From the IMG/VR virus record IMGVR_UViG_3300021399_000012, positions 8,053-72,052 of that record: a stretch of DNA of 64,000 nt; one strand, 5' to 3'. This stretch comes from a virus. Its lineage: Duplodnaviria > Caudoviricetes. Both the position numbers and the translations under genes were made by a program. Of the stretch, positions 56,004 to 63,922 are shown in pieces. The notes beneath the pieces are model-generated. The model worked only from the letters and a program-made list of their open reading frames with translations, was not told where the DNA came from and did not search any database. Each line of letters begins with the position of its first letter. The stretch's first letter is position 1.

Positions 56004-56414
56004 ATGGCATTACAAAAAGAAATAATGAACGAATTTGGTATTGTCGCTAACTATCATAGAATAAAGATGATAGAAAACAATAGCCCGATAATAAAAGTTT
56101 CTATATTCTCTTATGTGGATAAAAAATATAGAGAATTAGAAAAAAGTTTTGCTACAATCGAAGACGATTATCAAAAACAGACGGTGCTTGTAAATGAACT
56201 TGCCAATGACGAGACTAAGCAAGACGAACTACAAGATGCAATAAATGTATTAGAGGCTATTCAAGAAAAATTACCAAATTCTTATAAAAAATACCACGTA
56301 TTCGAAACCACAATCGAAATAAAAAACGATGGTAAAGAAGAGGATATTTCATTCAGATTAGTATATGACAAATTGAAAGAAACTGAAGAATTTGCAGATT
56401 CTATCGATGTATAA
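56004..56414 (+). CDS. Putative tail fibre assembly protein (136 aa)
   Basis: Position after the fibre; AAGGG RBS. Confidence 0.55.
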   Translation: MALQKEIMNEFGIVANYHRIKMIENNSPIIKVSIFSYVDKKYRELEKSFATIEDDYQKQTVLVNELANDETKQDELQDAINVLEAIQEKLPNSYKKYHVFETTIEIKNDGKEEDISFRLVYDKLKETEEFADSIDV

Positions 56415-56470
56415 AATCCGAAAAAAAAAAGAGTTATGAAAAATTGTAGATAATATATCTTAAGGAGACA

Positions 56471-56941
56471 ATGAAAATGGATTTATATAGTATATACAAT
56501 ATGCTAAAAGATAATGGGGGCGCTATATCGATGTGGATATTTGTGGGCTTGACTATATGTCAGATAGCACCCATTAAAATTAATCCATGGTCATATATTC
56601 TCAGTTGGATAGGTCAAAAAGTCAATGTGGTTATAATGGACTCTATAGCAGCATTAAACGACAAAGTTGATGCTCAGGGAATAGAAATAAAAAAGTTAGC
56701 CACAGAAATAAGCGACAACAACGCTATGAATTCTAGATATAGAATCATACGTTTCGGTGATGAGATACTCATGGGCACTAGACATAGTAGGGATCATTTC
56801 GATCAGATACTTGTTGATATTGATGTCTATGAAGCATACTGTAAGTCACACCCAGACTTTATAAACAATAAGGGTCAGAATGCAATGGCTCTTATTCAAG
56901 AGACCTACCAGAAATGTCTACATGACAAGGATTTCTTATAA
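56471..56941 (+). CDS. Holin-associated membrane protein (156 aa)
   Basis: IQIAPIKINPWS-like motif and coiled coil; lysis position. Confidence 0.6.
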   Translation: MKMDLYSIYNMLKDNGGAISMWIFVGLTICQIAPIKINPWSYILSWIGQKVNVVIMDSIAALNDKVDAQGIEIKKLATEISDNNAMNSRYRIIRFGDEILMGTRHSRDHFDQILVDIDVYEAYCKSHPDFINNKGQNAMALIQETYQKCLHDKDFL

Positions 56942-56953
56942 GGAGGAATAATA

Positions 56954-57202
56954 ATGAAGAAAAAGTTAACAAACAAGCAGTATGATGTTTTGAAAGCTAT
57001 TACATTATATGTATTACCTTTCTTAGGTTTCATATTGACTATGACTACATTAGTAGTTGACACATTTGATATTCCTAACGGGCCACAGATTGTTGCCCTA
57101 GTAACTGGCTTTAATACAGCTTTTGGTGTATTCATAGCCAAAGTAAGCGCCAATTATGCAAAAGAGCATGATATTCAAAATGAGGAAGAAATAGAAGAAT
57201 AG
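56954..57202 (+). CDS. Holin (Dp-1 family)
   Basis: KLTNKQYDVLKAI...LP signature; two transmembrane segments. Confidence 0.8.
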   Translation: MKKKLTNKQYDVLKAITLYVLPFLGFILTMTTLVVDTFDIPNGPQIVALVTGFNTAFGVFIAKVSANYAKEHDIQNEEEIEE

Positions 57203-57211
57203 GAGGTAACT

Positions 57212-58285
57212 ATGTCATCTTATGTAATTAATAAAGACTATCCAGCTAAGCCTATTTCTTATGATGGAACTAGACCAGCACAGAACATTAAGTGGATAGT
57301 TATTCATGGTACAGGTAATACCACTGATAAAGATATTAATAACGCTAAGTACTTTAGTGCTTCAGGCGGAAATACTAGATATGCTGGTGCACATTATTTT
57401 GTAGATGATGCTGATAATGTAATCTATCAGTCAATCGACGATCTTAAGAACGCTAATGCTGTTGGTGGTGGACGTGTTTCTAATGCATATGGAGCAGCAT
57501 CTAAATTTAGATTATGCACTAACTACAACTCTATATCGATCGAGATGTGTTCTGTTAATGGAGAGTATCAGGAAAAGACAATAGAGTTGGCACTAGAACT
57601 TACAAGAGACTTAATGTTTAAATATGGAATCGACATCGATCATGTAATTAGACATTGGGATGTTACTGGTAAGAAGTGTCCAGGCTGGAATGGATGGACT
57701 GGAGTTGATCAGAGTAAATGGCATGCTTTCAAGTACAGATTAGCTGATCTTGTCGCAGCTACATGGAAGGCACTCGCTGAGCTCAATGAGCAGAACCAGA
57801 AGAACCAGCCTGCACCTGCAGAAAAGAAGACTGAATGTGCACAGGCTCCAGCCAATGAGAAGGCTAATGTTACATATCAGGTTAAAATTAAGTCTGGAAA
57901 ACTATATGGTACTGTAGTGGATGATACGGACTATGCTGGATGGGATAATGTTCTTTTATCAGACTTAGCAGTTAAACCATCTAAGGGTAAAATCATGTAC
58001 AGAGTCCATGTTATGAAAGAGAAAATCAACGGTAAAACATACCCAGCTAAATGGCTTGGATGGATTGATACTTTCAATTGGAATGACTCTAACCATGGTT
58101 ATGCTGGTATTGATGGAAGAACAATCGATGCTATACAGGCAAAGGGTGAAGGACTTGGTGGTTCTTTAATGTATAGAGTATCTACTACAGGAACACCTGG
58201 CTATCTTCCAACTGTAAAAGAAGATAGTGATTATGCTGGTATATTTGGTAAACCAGTGGATAAGATTCAATTTTGGGTAGAGTAG
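57212..58285 (+). CDS. Endolysin, N-acetylmuramoyl-L-alanine amidase (Amidase_2) with C-terminal binding domain
   Basis: IVIHGT, AHYFVD, SISIEMC, VIRHWDVTGKKCPG. Confidence 0.92.
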   Translation: MSSYVINKDYPAKPISYDGTRPAQNIKWIVIHGTGNTTDKDINNAKYFSASGGNTRYAGAHYFVDDADNVIYQSIDDLKNANAVGGGRVSNAYGAASKFRLCTNYNSISIEMCSVNGEYQEKTIELALELTRDLMFKYGIDIDHVIRHWDVTGKKCPGWNGWTGVDQSKWHAFKYRLADLVAATWKALAELNEQNQKNQPAPAEKKTECAQAPANEKANVTYQVKIKSGKLYGTVVDDTDYAGWDNVLLSDLAVKPSKGKIMYRVHVMKEKINGKTYPAKWLGWIDTFNWNDSNHGYAGIDGRTIDAIQAKGEGLGGSLMYRVSTTGTPGYLPTVKEDSDYAGIFGKPVDKIQFWVE

Positions 58286-58291
58286 CAACTT

Positions 58292-58320
58292 TGTCCTTAG
58301 CAAGACATTAAAAGGCTATA
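58292..58320 (+). repeat. Covariant eighth copy of the dispersed pseudoknot element
   Basis: TGTC-CTTAGCAA-GACA-TTAAAA-GGCTATA. Confidence 0.75.
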
Positions 58321-58354
58321 TTGCTTTCTACCTTCTTAAATATTTTTACCTGAT

Positions 58355-58400
58355 GTGAGATTGTACGGGGGACTGATATCAGTCCTCTGTGTAGTCTTAC
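58355..58400 (+). other. Long G.U-rich hairpin
   Basis: About 21-22 contiguous pairs, 6 G.U, no mismatches. Confidence 0.7.
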
Positions 58401-58616
58401 AAGTAATTATATTTTGACTATTATTAAAAAAAACTAATTGGGAGTTGAGTTTTTGACGTGAATATTAGGAGTAGGTCACCTCCGTAGCATTCTATAATCG
58501 AATTTACCGGTTATGGAATGGACATAATCGCTGACCGTAGACAATTAACGGAGACTAGTATTACATAGCGCCTGTGAAATAACTCATGGGCGCTAATTAT
58601 ATTTGGAGATTTTATT

Positions 58617-59024
58617 ATGGCTTTCAGAAAGTATAACGCACATCCTGATGAAGAAGATATGAATGACTGCGTTATAAGAGCAATATCAAAATTTTATGAT
58701 GTATCTTGGGAAGAAGCATACCTAATGGTGATTCTTCAGGGATATAAAATGCACGTATTTCCTACGAATAGAAATGATGTATGGGGAACAATGCTACATG
58801 AAAGAGGATGCGAATTCGGGTATGTTCAAAACGTTTATCCTAATTGCATAACTGTAGAAAAGTTTGCTAACGATCATCCAAAAGGAAATTATATTTTAGG
58901 AACAACTACACATGCGATAGCTGTTGTAGATGGGGTTTACTATGACACTTGGGATTCCGGACAAGAATACCCTGTGTACTATTTTACTAAGAAGGGAGAC
59001 GAGATTGATGATAGCACACAATAA
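58617..59024 (+). CDS. Conserved hypothetical protein (135 aa), possible papain-like fold
   Basis: DCVIRAI...SWEEAY...HAIAVVDG..YDTWDS. Confidence 0.7.
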   Translation: MAFRKYNAHPDEEDMNDCVIRAISKFYDVSWEEAYLMVILQGYKMHVFPTNRNDVWGTMLHERGCEFGYVQNVYPNCITVEKFANDHPKGNYILGTTTHAIAVVDGVYYDTWDSGQEYPVYYFTKKGDEIDDSTQ

Positions 59025-59403
59025 TCCCAATAATCAACAGGTTATGAAAAATAACAATTACATGATGAATCAGGCATCAACTACGATGTTCGGATTCGCT
59101 AACAATGCCGAAGAGGCGAAATTAATGAACCTAAATAGAGGGTATACACAGGCGTATATATTCGACCTCTATATGCCAGTATTCTATTATAAGCAAATAG
59201 ATGCTAGCGGAGCGGTTATAGCTTTCGATACTTATGAGTACGATAAAGTTATACCACCAGAACCAGAAAAGCCTGTATCTCATGACGATTTAGCTGATAT
59301 GGAACAGCGTATGATGTCTAAGTTCGAAGCTATGCTTGAGAACATGACAAACAATCGTCAGAATACACAAAATACTAATAAGGGAGACAAGAAGCATGAG
59401 TAA
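59008..59403 (+). CDS. Hypothetical protein (131 aa)
   Basis: AAGGGAG RBS favours a start near 59008. Confidence 0.7.
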   Translation: MIAHNNPNNQQVMKNNNYMMNQASTTMFGFANNAEEAKLMNLNRGYTQAYIFDLYMPVFYYKQIDASGAVIAFDTYEYDKVIPPEPEKPVSHDDLADMEQRMMSKFEAMLENMTNNRQNTQNTNKGDKKHE

Positions 59404-59620
59404 TTCTATAATGATGGACAATATGCAAACTGATATGTTTACAGAGTTTGCTAAATTTAATGCTAACCCTCAGCAGTATTTATTAGAAAAGGGCTTACAC
59501 TTAGAACCTGGTGCACTGGATAACCCACAGAAAGCTGTAGAATATATCATACAGACACATCAGGGTACTCCAGAACAATTAAATCAGTTTAAAACCATGC
59601 TTAGCATGTTTCATAATTAG
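59396..59620 (+). CDS. Hypothetical protein (74 aa)
   Basis: NPQQYL...NPQKAVEY..Q pattern. Confidence 0.7.
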   Translation: MSNSIMMDNMQTDMFTEFAKFNANPQQYLLEKGLHLEPGALDNPQKAVEYIIQTHQGTPEQLNQFKTMLSMFHN

Positions 59621-59748
59621 GTACTAACTGTCGAGATGCGCATAAGACAGATATAGTATAAATATATTTTTAATTTAGCACCGGTACTTCAAAATAGGGA
59701 AGTATCGCTTACTGTCGTTCTAATTTGACAGTAGAAAGGAGTTATATT

Positions 59749-60534
59749 ATGGGATTGAACGAATCCGGTAACAACTTAGTAATGCCAGTAGGTCCATATT
59801 ACGGAAATGGAAATGGTTTCGGCGGAAACGACTGGTGGATTTTATTGTTCTTGTTTGCATTCATGGGCAATGGAAACTGGGGCAACAATGGTGGAGCAGG
59901 CGGTGTTCTGCCATACTTTACAGCACAGAATACAGATGCTACAGTTCAGAGAGGATTTGACCAGGCTGCTACTGCAGGTCAGCTTTCTGGAATTCAGACA
60001 TCTTTAACTGATGGTTTTGCATCTGCTGAGGTTGCTGATTGCAATAGAGCAATGGCTAACATGGAGCGTTCATTCGCTTCTCAGACAGCACTCACACAGG
60101 GGATGAATGGTATTCAGTCTCAGCTTTCACAGTGCTGCTGCGAGAATCGTTTGGCTACATGCCAGACACAAAATGCTATTCTTGCTGAATCAGCTGCTAC
60201 TAGAACTGCAGATGCTAATAACACTCGTGATATTATTGATGCTATCAACGCTAAAGGACAGGGTCTTATGGATAAGCTTTGCCAGTTAGAGCTTGATGGC
60301 TATAAGGCACAGCTTGAAGCTAAGAATGATCGTATTTCAGATCTTCAGACACAGCTCAACCTTGCTGGATTACAGGCTTCTCAGAATAAGCAGACAGCGG
60401 ATATTATCGCTAATAATGCTGCTCAGAGCGCTTCTCTTAGAGAGCTTATTGCTCCACAGGTTAAGCCAGCATATATTGTTTCAAATCCTAACGGATGCAA
60501 TTGTGGACAGATTAGTGCTTGCGGCTCTTTCTAG
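59749..60534 (+). CDS. Gly-rich/CCCE coiled-coil protein (261 aa)
   Basis: GFGGNDWWILLFLFAFMG and QCCCENR; AAGGAG RBS. Confidence 0.75.
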   Translation: MGLNESGNNLVMPVGPYYGNGNGFGGNDWWILLFLFAFMGNGNWGNNGGAGGVLPYFTAQNTDATVQRGFDQAATAGQLSGIQTSLTDGFASAEVADCNRAMANMERSFASQTALTQGMNGIQSQLSQCCCENRLATCQTQNAILAESAATRTADANNTRDIIDAINAKGQGLMDKLCQLELDGYKAQLEAKNDRISDLQTQLNLAGLQASQNKQTADIIANNAAQSASLRELIAPQVKPAYIVSNPNGCNCGQISACGSF

Positions 60535-60549
60535 GAAGGAGGTGTTAGC

Positions 60550-61023
60550 ATGAGAGAATTTGTCAATAATGCTGTACAACAGGTACAGTTAAATACGCCA
60601 ATTTTATTTGACGCAACAAATTGTCAATGCTCAAACCGTGGTAGTAAAATCTATCATGATAATGGCACTGGCGGTTTTATCCTTTCTGGAAATAACGCAT
60701 GCCCTAGATCTGATGGAAACGAATATCAGGTTACTTTCAATGGTAATATTGCTATTCCAACCGGAGGAACAGTTGGACCTATCGCTGTTGCTATAACAGT
60801 AAACGGCGAAGCAAAGCCAACATCTAGAGCAATATACGTTCCAGCAGCCGTAGATACTTACGGTAATGTAACATCAACAACAATAGTTAAAGTTCCAAAG
60901 CGTTGTGGATGCTTTACTGTTGCAGTAGAGTATGTTTCTGGTACAGATGATCCTACTGTTACACCAGCTCCAGTTATTAACGTGCAGAACGCAAACTTAA
61001 CTATCGACGGAACAATAGCATAG
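60550..61023 (+). CDS. Beta-sandwich protein, BclA C-terminal-like (157 aa)
   Basis: YQVTFNGNIAIPTGGTVGPIAVAI.VNGE pattern. Confidence 0.6.
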   Translation: MREFVNNAVQQVQLNTPILFDATNCQCSNRGSKIYHDNGTGGFILSGNNACPRSDGNEYQVTFNGNIAIPTGGTVGPIAVAITVNGEAKPTSRAIYVPAAVDTYGNVTSTTIVKVPKRCGCFTVAVEYVSGTDDPTVTPAPVINVQNANLTIDGTIA

Positions 61024-61041
61024 AAAGGAGGCTGAATAGAA

Positions 61042-61449
61042 TTGGATACTGTATGTATGGAAGCTAAAGAGAACCTGAAGAAAGGTTTAGCTAAGCTTAA
61101 CAAAGAACCTGTTAATGATGAAAACGCAGAGTTATATCATTTGATAACTGAATCATTGTATCATTTAGAATTAGTAGAGGCTATGAAAAATGAGTACGGC
61201 TATTCCGGTGTATACTATGATGATGGAATGATGCGTATGCCTCATAATAGTTATGAAGGAAGAATGGACCAACCTAATGATGTTGGTTATTCTGAAGGCC
61301 GTCATTCTATGCCTAGATATTATTATAGCGGTCATATGGGAAAAGAACATATGATGACTGATTTGAAAGCTATGTTGGCAGACGCTGACACTGAGAAAGA
61401 AAGACGTATGATTAGAGACCTAATTGAAGATCTTCAGCAGCTTAAATAA
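61042..61449 (+). CDS. Hypothetical protein (135 aa)
   Basis: AAGGAGG RBS, TTG start. Confidence 0.7.
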   Translation: MDTVCMEAKENLKKGLAKLNKEPVNDENAELYHLITESLYHLELVEAMKNEYGYSGVYYDDGMMRMPHNSYEGRMDQPNDVGYSEGRHSMPRYYYSGHMGKEHMMTDLKAMLADADTEKERRMIRDLIEDLQQLK

Positions 61450-61480
61450 TAGTCGAAATAATATCAGCTAAACAAATTTA

Positions 61481-61510
61481 AAGGGACTCGAAGTTATATT
61501 TGGGTCCCTT
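61481..61510 (+). terminator. Hairpin ending the post-lysis cluster
   Basis: AAGGGACTCGAA/TTTGGGTCCCTT. Confidence 0.65.
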
Positions 61511-61612
61511 ATTGTTTAGTGCTATAATTTCAACTCCTATTTACTTTTTCGCAATATTTACAATGTATATTATGAGAAACTAGGTAACTAGAAATATAGG
61601 AGGAATTATATT

Positions 61613-61723
61613 ATGATTAAATTAGTGATGGTTCTTATATTGTGTGTAGCAGCATACCAGGTAGCATGGTATGACGAAAACAAAACAAGAAAGGAACTAG
61701 AAGCAAAAGGGGTCGAATATTAA
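61613..61723 (+). CDS. Small membrane peptide (36 aa, not in ORF track)
   Basis: AGGAGG RBS; MIKLVMVLILCVAAYQVAW... Confidence 0.6.
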   Translation: MIKLVMVLILCVAAYQVAWYDENKTRKELEAKGVEY

Positions 61724-61784
61724 TCGGCCTCCTATTTTTTTTTTTCGTATTATATTCTGGCTATTATATAGGAGGTGATACATT

Positions 61785-61931
61785 ATGAAAATGGAAAAGC
61801 TATTATTTATTATGGTATTTGTATTAACCATATTAAGCTTATTAGCAGGATATTGGAGTATAAAGATCGTATGGTGCTGGGTGGCACTTATAGCGGGAAT
61901 TATATTTGATAAATGCACTCCAAAAGATTGA
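61785..61931 (+). CDS. Small two-helix membrane protein (48 aa, not in ORF track)
   Basis: AGGAGGTG RBS; hydrophobic. Confidence 0.65.
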   Translation: MKMEKLLFIMVFVLTILSLLAGYWSIKIVWCWVALIAGIIFDKCTPKD

Positions 61932-61961
61932 GTCTGATTAATTTCAGACCCTTTCTTTTTT
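61930..61961 (+). terminator. Intrinsic terminator, near-duplicated at 62303-62334
   Basis: GTCTGA/TCAGAC stem with T-run; 31 of 32 nt identical between copies. Confidence 0.75.
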
Positions 61962-62033
61962 CGCAATTTTTACAGACTTCTATATGAGGAAATAAGCAGT
62001 AATGCTTAAAGGATTCACATAATTACTGGTTCA

Positions 62034-62062
62034 AGACCTTAGCAAGTCTATAAACTGCTAAA
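62034..62062 (+). repeat. Dispersed pseudoknot-forming repeat copy 5
   Basis: AGACCTTAGCAAGTCTATAAACTGCTAAA. Confidence 0.9.
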
Positions 62063-62107
62063 ACTTTTTCGTAATTTATTCAGGTAGATATATAGGAGGT
62101 GAAAACA

Positions 62108-62314
62108 ATGACCAAATTAGAATATGAAGTTAAACTAAACGATATTAAAAATAAAATAGAGGAGGCTGAAAAGAATGAAAATTGGATGCTCGCTAGATTA
62201 TTAATATACGAGTATAATAGGTGGCTTTATATTGCAGAGTTGGACATTGCTAGACAAGAAGCAGAAAAAGAATTTGAAAGATACAAACGAAAGGTACGGA
62301 AAGAGTCTGATTGA
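62108..62314 (+). CDS. Small helical protein (68 aa)
   Basis: AGGAGGTG RBS. Confidence 0.7.
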   Translation: MTKLEYEVKLNDIKNKIEEAEKNENWMLARLLIYEYNRWLYIAELDIARQEAEKEFERYKRKVRKESD

Positions 62315-62378
62315 TTTCAGACCCTTTCTTTTTTTTTTTTCGTAATTTATTCAGGTAGATATATAGGAGGTGAATGAT

Positions 62379-62642
62379 ATGAGTAAAACAATTTTTCATA
62401 CATGCGACATTTTTAATATTACGGATCAAAAAATAAAAATGGAATATTTTGATTTCTGTTATACAAAGGCTTTGGAATGTGGGCTTACTTGTACATGTAA
62501 GGACATTGGAAGCACACCAAAGCTCAAATTGGAAGGAACTAAATGGGAATTTGTAAAATACTATTTTTTGACGTTGACAAAATGTGACTGTAAATGGAAA
62601 GGTATTAAACGATTATTATCATTCGTATTGGAGCGGTCCTAA
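62379..62642 (+). CDS. Hypothetical protein (87 aa)
   Basis: AGGAGGTG RBS; hairpin and T-run follow. Confidence 0.7.
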   Translation: MSKTIFHTCDIFNITDQKIKMEYFDFCYTKALECGLTCTCKDIGSTPKLKLEGTKWEFVKYYFLTLTKCDCKWKGIKRLLSFVLERS

Positions 62643-62735
62643 CAAGGACTGTTCTTTTTTTTCGCAATTTTTGCAATGTATATTATGAGAAATAAACATT
62701 ATAGTTTAAACGAAAGGATTAAAAAGGTGATAACT

Positions 62736-62927
62736 ATGAAAAATTCAAAAGAGACAGGATTAAGTCTTATAATAACAAACATGTATGACTTATGCAGATT
62801 TCTTAGTAAAGAAAGTCTTGTATGGGAACATCATGATATTGTGGATTATGAGATTGTTCCGCTTAAAGGAATTTCTGGTGAACCAATTGTAAGAATTGAC
62901 TTTACTTATAATGATTTTGACGACTAA
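62736..62927 (+). CDS. Hypothetical protein (63 aa)
   Basis: AAGGTGA RBS. Confidence 0.6.
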   Translation: MKNSKETGLSLIITNMYDLCRFLSKESLVWEHHDIVDYEIVPLKGISGEPIVRIDFTYNDFDD

Positions 62928-62933
62928 AACAAA

Positions 62934-62962
62934 AGACCTTAGCAAGTCTATAAACTGCTAAA
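62934..62962 (+). repeat. Dispersed pseudoknot-forming repeat copy 6
   Basis: AGACCTTAGCAAGTCTATAAACTGCTAAA. Confidence 0.9.
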
Positions 62963-63045
62963 ACTTTTCGCAATTTTTACAAACTCCTATATGAGATAAA
63001 CAATCATATGTTAAATCCGCTTTATGCGGTAGAAGGAGTATTATT

Positions 63046-63282
63046 ATGAAGAAATTTATTTTAGGTGTAATGTGTACTATAATCGCATTAGGAGCAGTTG
63101 TGGCCTTAAACACAACATTGGAAACTGAGAAAGTTGTTCGATACGGACAGCATTGGGAAGGTGACCAACTTGTAGAAAACAGTTATGCAGATAATGCAAC
63201 ACTCAAAGTTAAGAGTGTTAGTGTTGGAGCATACACAGTTGAGATACATGATGGTGACTTAACATTCAATGTTGGACGATAG
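63046..63282 (+). CDS. Secreted or membrane-anchored protein (78 aa)
   Basis: MKKFILG signal-like N-terminus; AAGGAG RBS. Confidence 0.7.
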   Translation: MKKFILGVMCTIIALGAVVALNTTLETEKVVRYGQHWEGDQLVENSYADNATLKVKSVSVGAYTVEIHDGDLTFNVGR

Positions 63283-63382
63283 AACACAAGGTTGGGTGAG
63301 CCTTTAATTCACCCTTTCTTTTTTTTCGCATTATATTCAGGTTTATATATGGAAATAAGAAAGCATTAAGGAGGTAAATATT

Positions 63383-63577
63383 ATGCAGAGTATTATGTTA
63401 ATTATTGGAGGATTAGTATTAGCAGCAATTATTGTTATAATGACTAAGGGTATTTCTATCGATGAAGATACGAAATGGACCAAAGAAAAAGTAGCAATTA
63501 TAGTAGCTGTACTAATGGTCTTTACAGTAGTAGCAACAATGATGGTACAAACTGGATTAATGTATTTAATAGGTTAA
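63383..63577 (+). CDS. Small two-helix membrane protein (64 aa)
   Basis: AAGGAGG RBS; hydrophobic. Confidence 0.7.
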   Translation: MQSIMLIIGGLVLAAIIVIMTKGISIDEDTKWTKEKVAIIVAVLMVFTVVATMMVQTGLMYLIG

Positions 63578-63583
63578 TTTCCA

Positions 63584-63612
63584 AGACCTTAGCAAGTCTT
63601 TAAACTGCTAAA
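63584..63612 (+). repeat. Dispersed pseudoknot-forming repeat copy 7
   Basis: AGACCTTAGCAAGTCTTTAAACTGCTAAA. Confidence 0.9.
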
Positions 63613-63658
63613 CTTTTTCGCATTATATTCAGGTGAATATATAGGAGGTGATTCAATT

Positions 63659-63922
63659 ATGGAAACTACTGAACAAAGATTGGATTTTTTAGAGAAGGCA
63701 ACAATCAAACAGAACGACATTATGATTAACATAAATAATCATATATTAGAGTTGCTCAATAATGATTCCGAGATATGGAATAAGATTGGCGAGAACGATA
63801 AATGGTATGTTGATCAATTATTGACGTTGACTAGGATTGTTGTGGAGCTCGCTGAAAAATCTACTAAACAGAATGAGAGAATCGCAGAACTTGAGAAAAT
63901 TATAAAGGAGAATAATGTCTAG
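63659..63922 (+). CDS. Coiled-coil hypothetical protein (87 aa)
   Basis: AGGAGGTG RBS. Confidence 0.7.
   Translation: METTEQRLDFLEKATIKQNDIMININNHILELLNNDSEIWNKIGENDKWYVDQLLTLTRIVVELAEKSTKQNERIAELEKIIKENNV

Noticed and set aside
582-61966. All other minus-strand ORFs and nested alternate-frame plus-strand ORFs in the track
   Set aside because: They lie within longer, motif-bearing + strand genes, lack RBSs and show antisense-shadow composition.
4005-63612. The 29-32-bp repeat as a CRISPR array or CRISPR-repeat mimic (several copies end in CTAAAAC, like some type VI repeats)
   Set aside because: Copies are dispersed rather than regularly spaced, there are no cas genes, and the 3' flanks are T-runs and promoters rather than spacers. 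Covariation favours a pseudoknot. An RNA anti-CRISPR role is not excluded but has no positive support.
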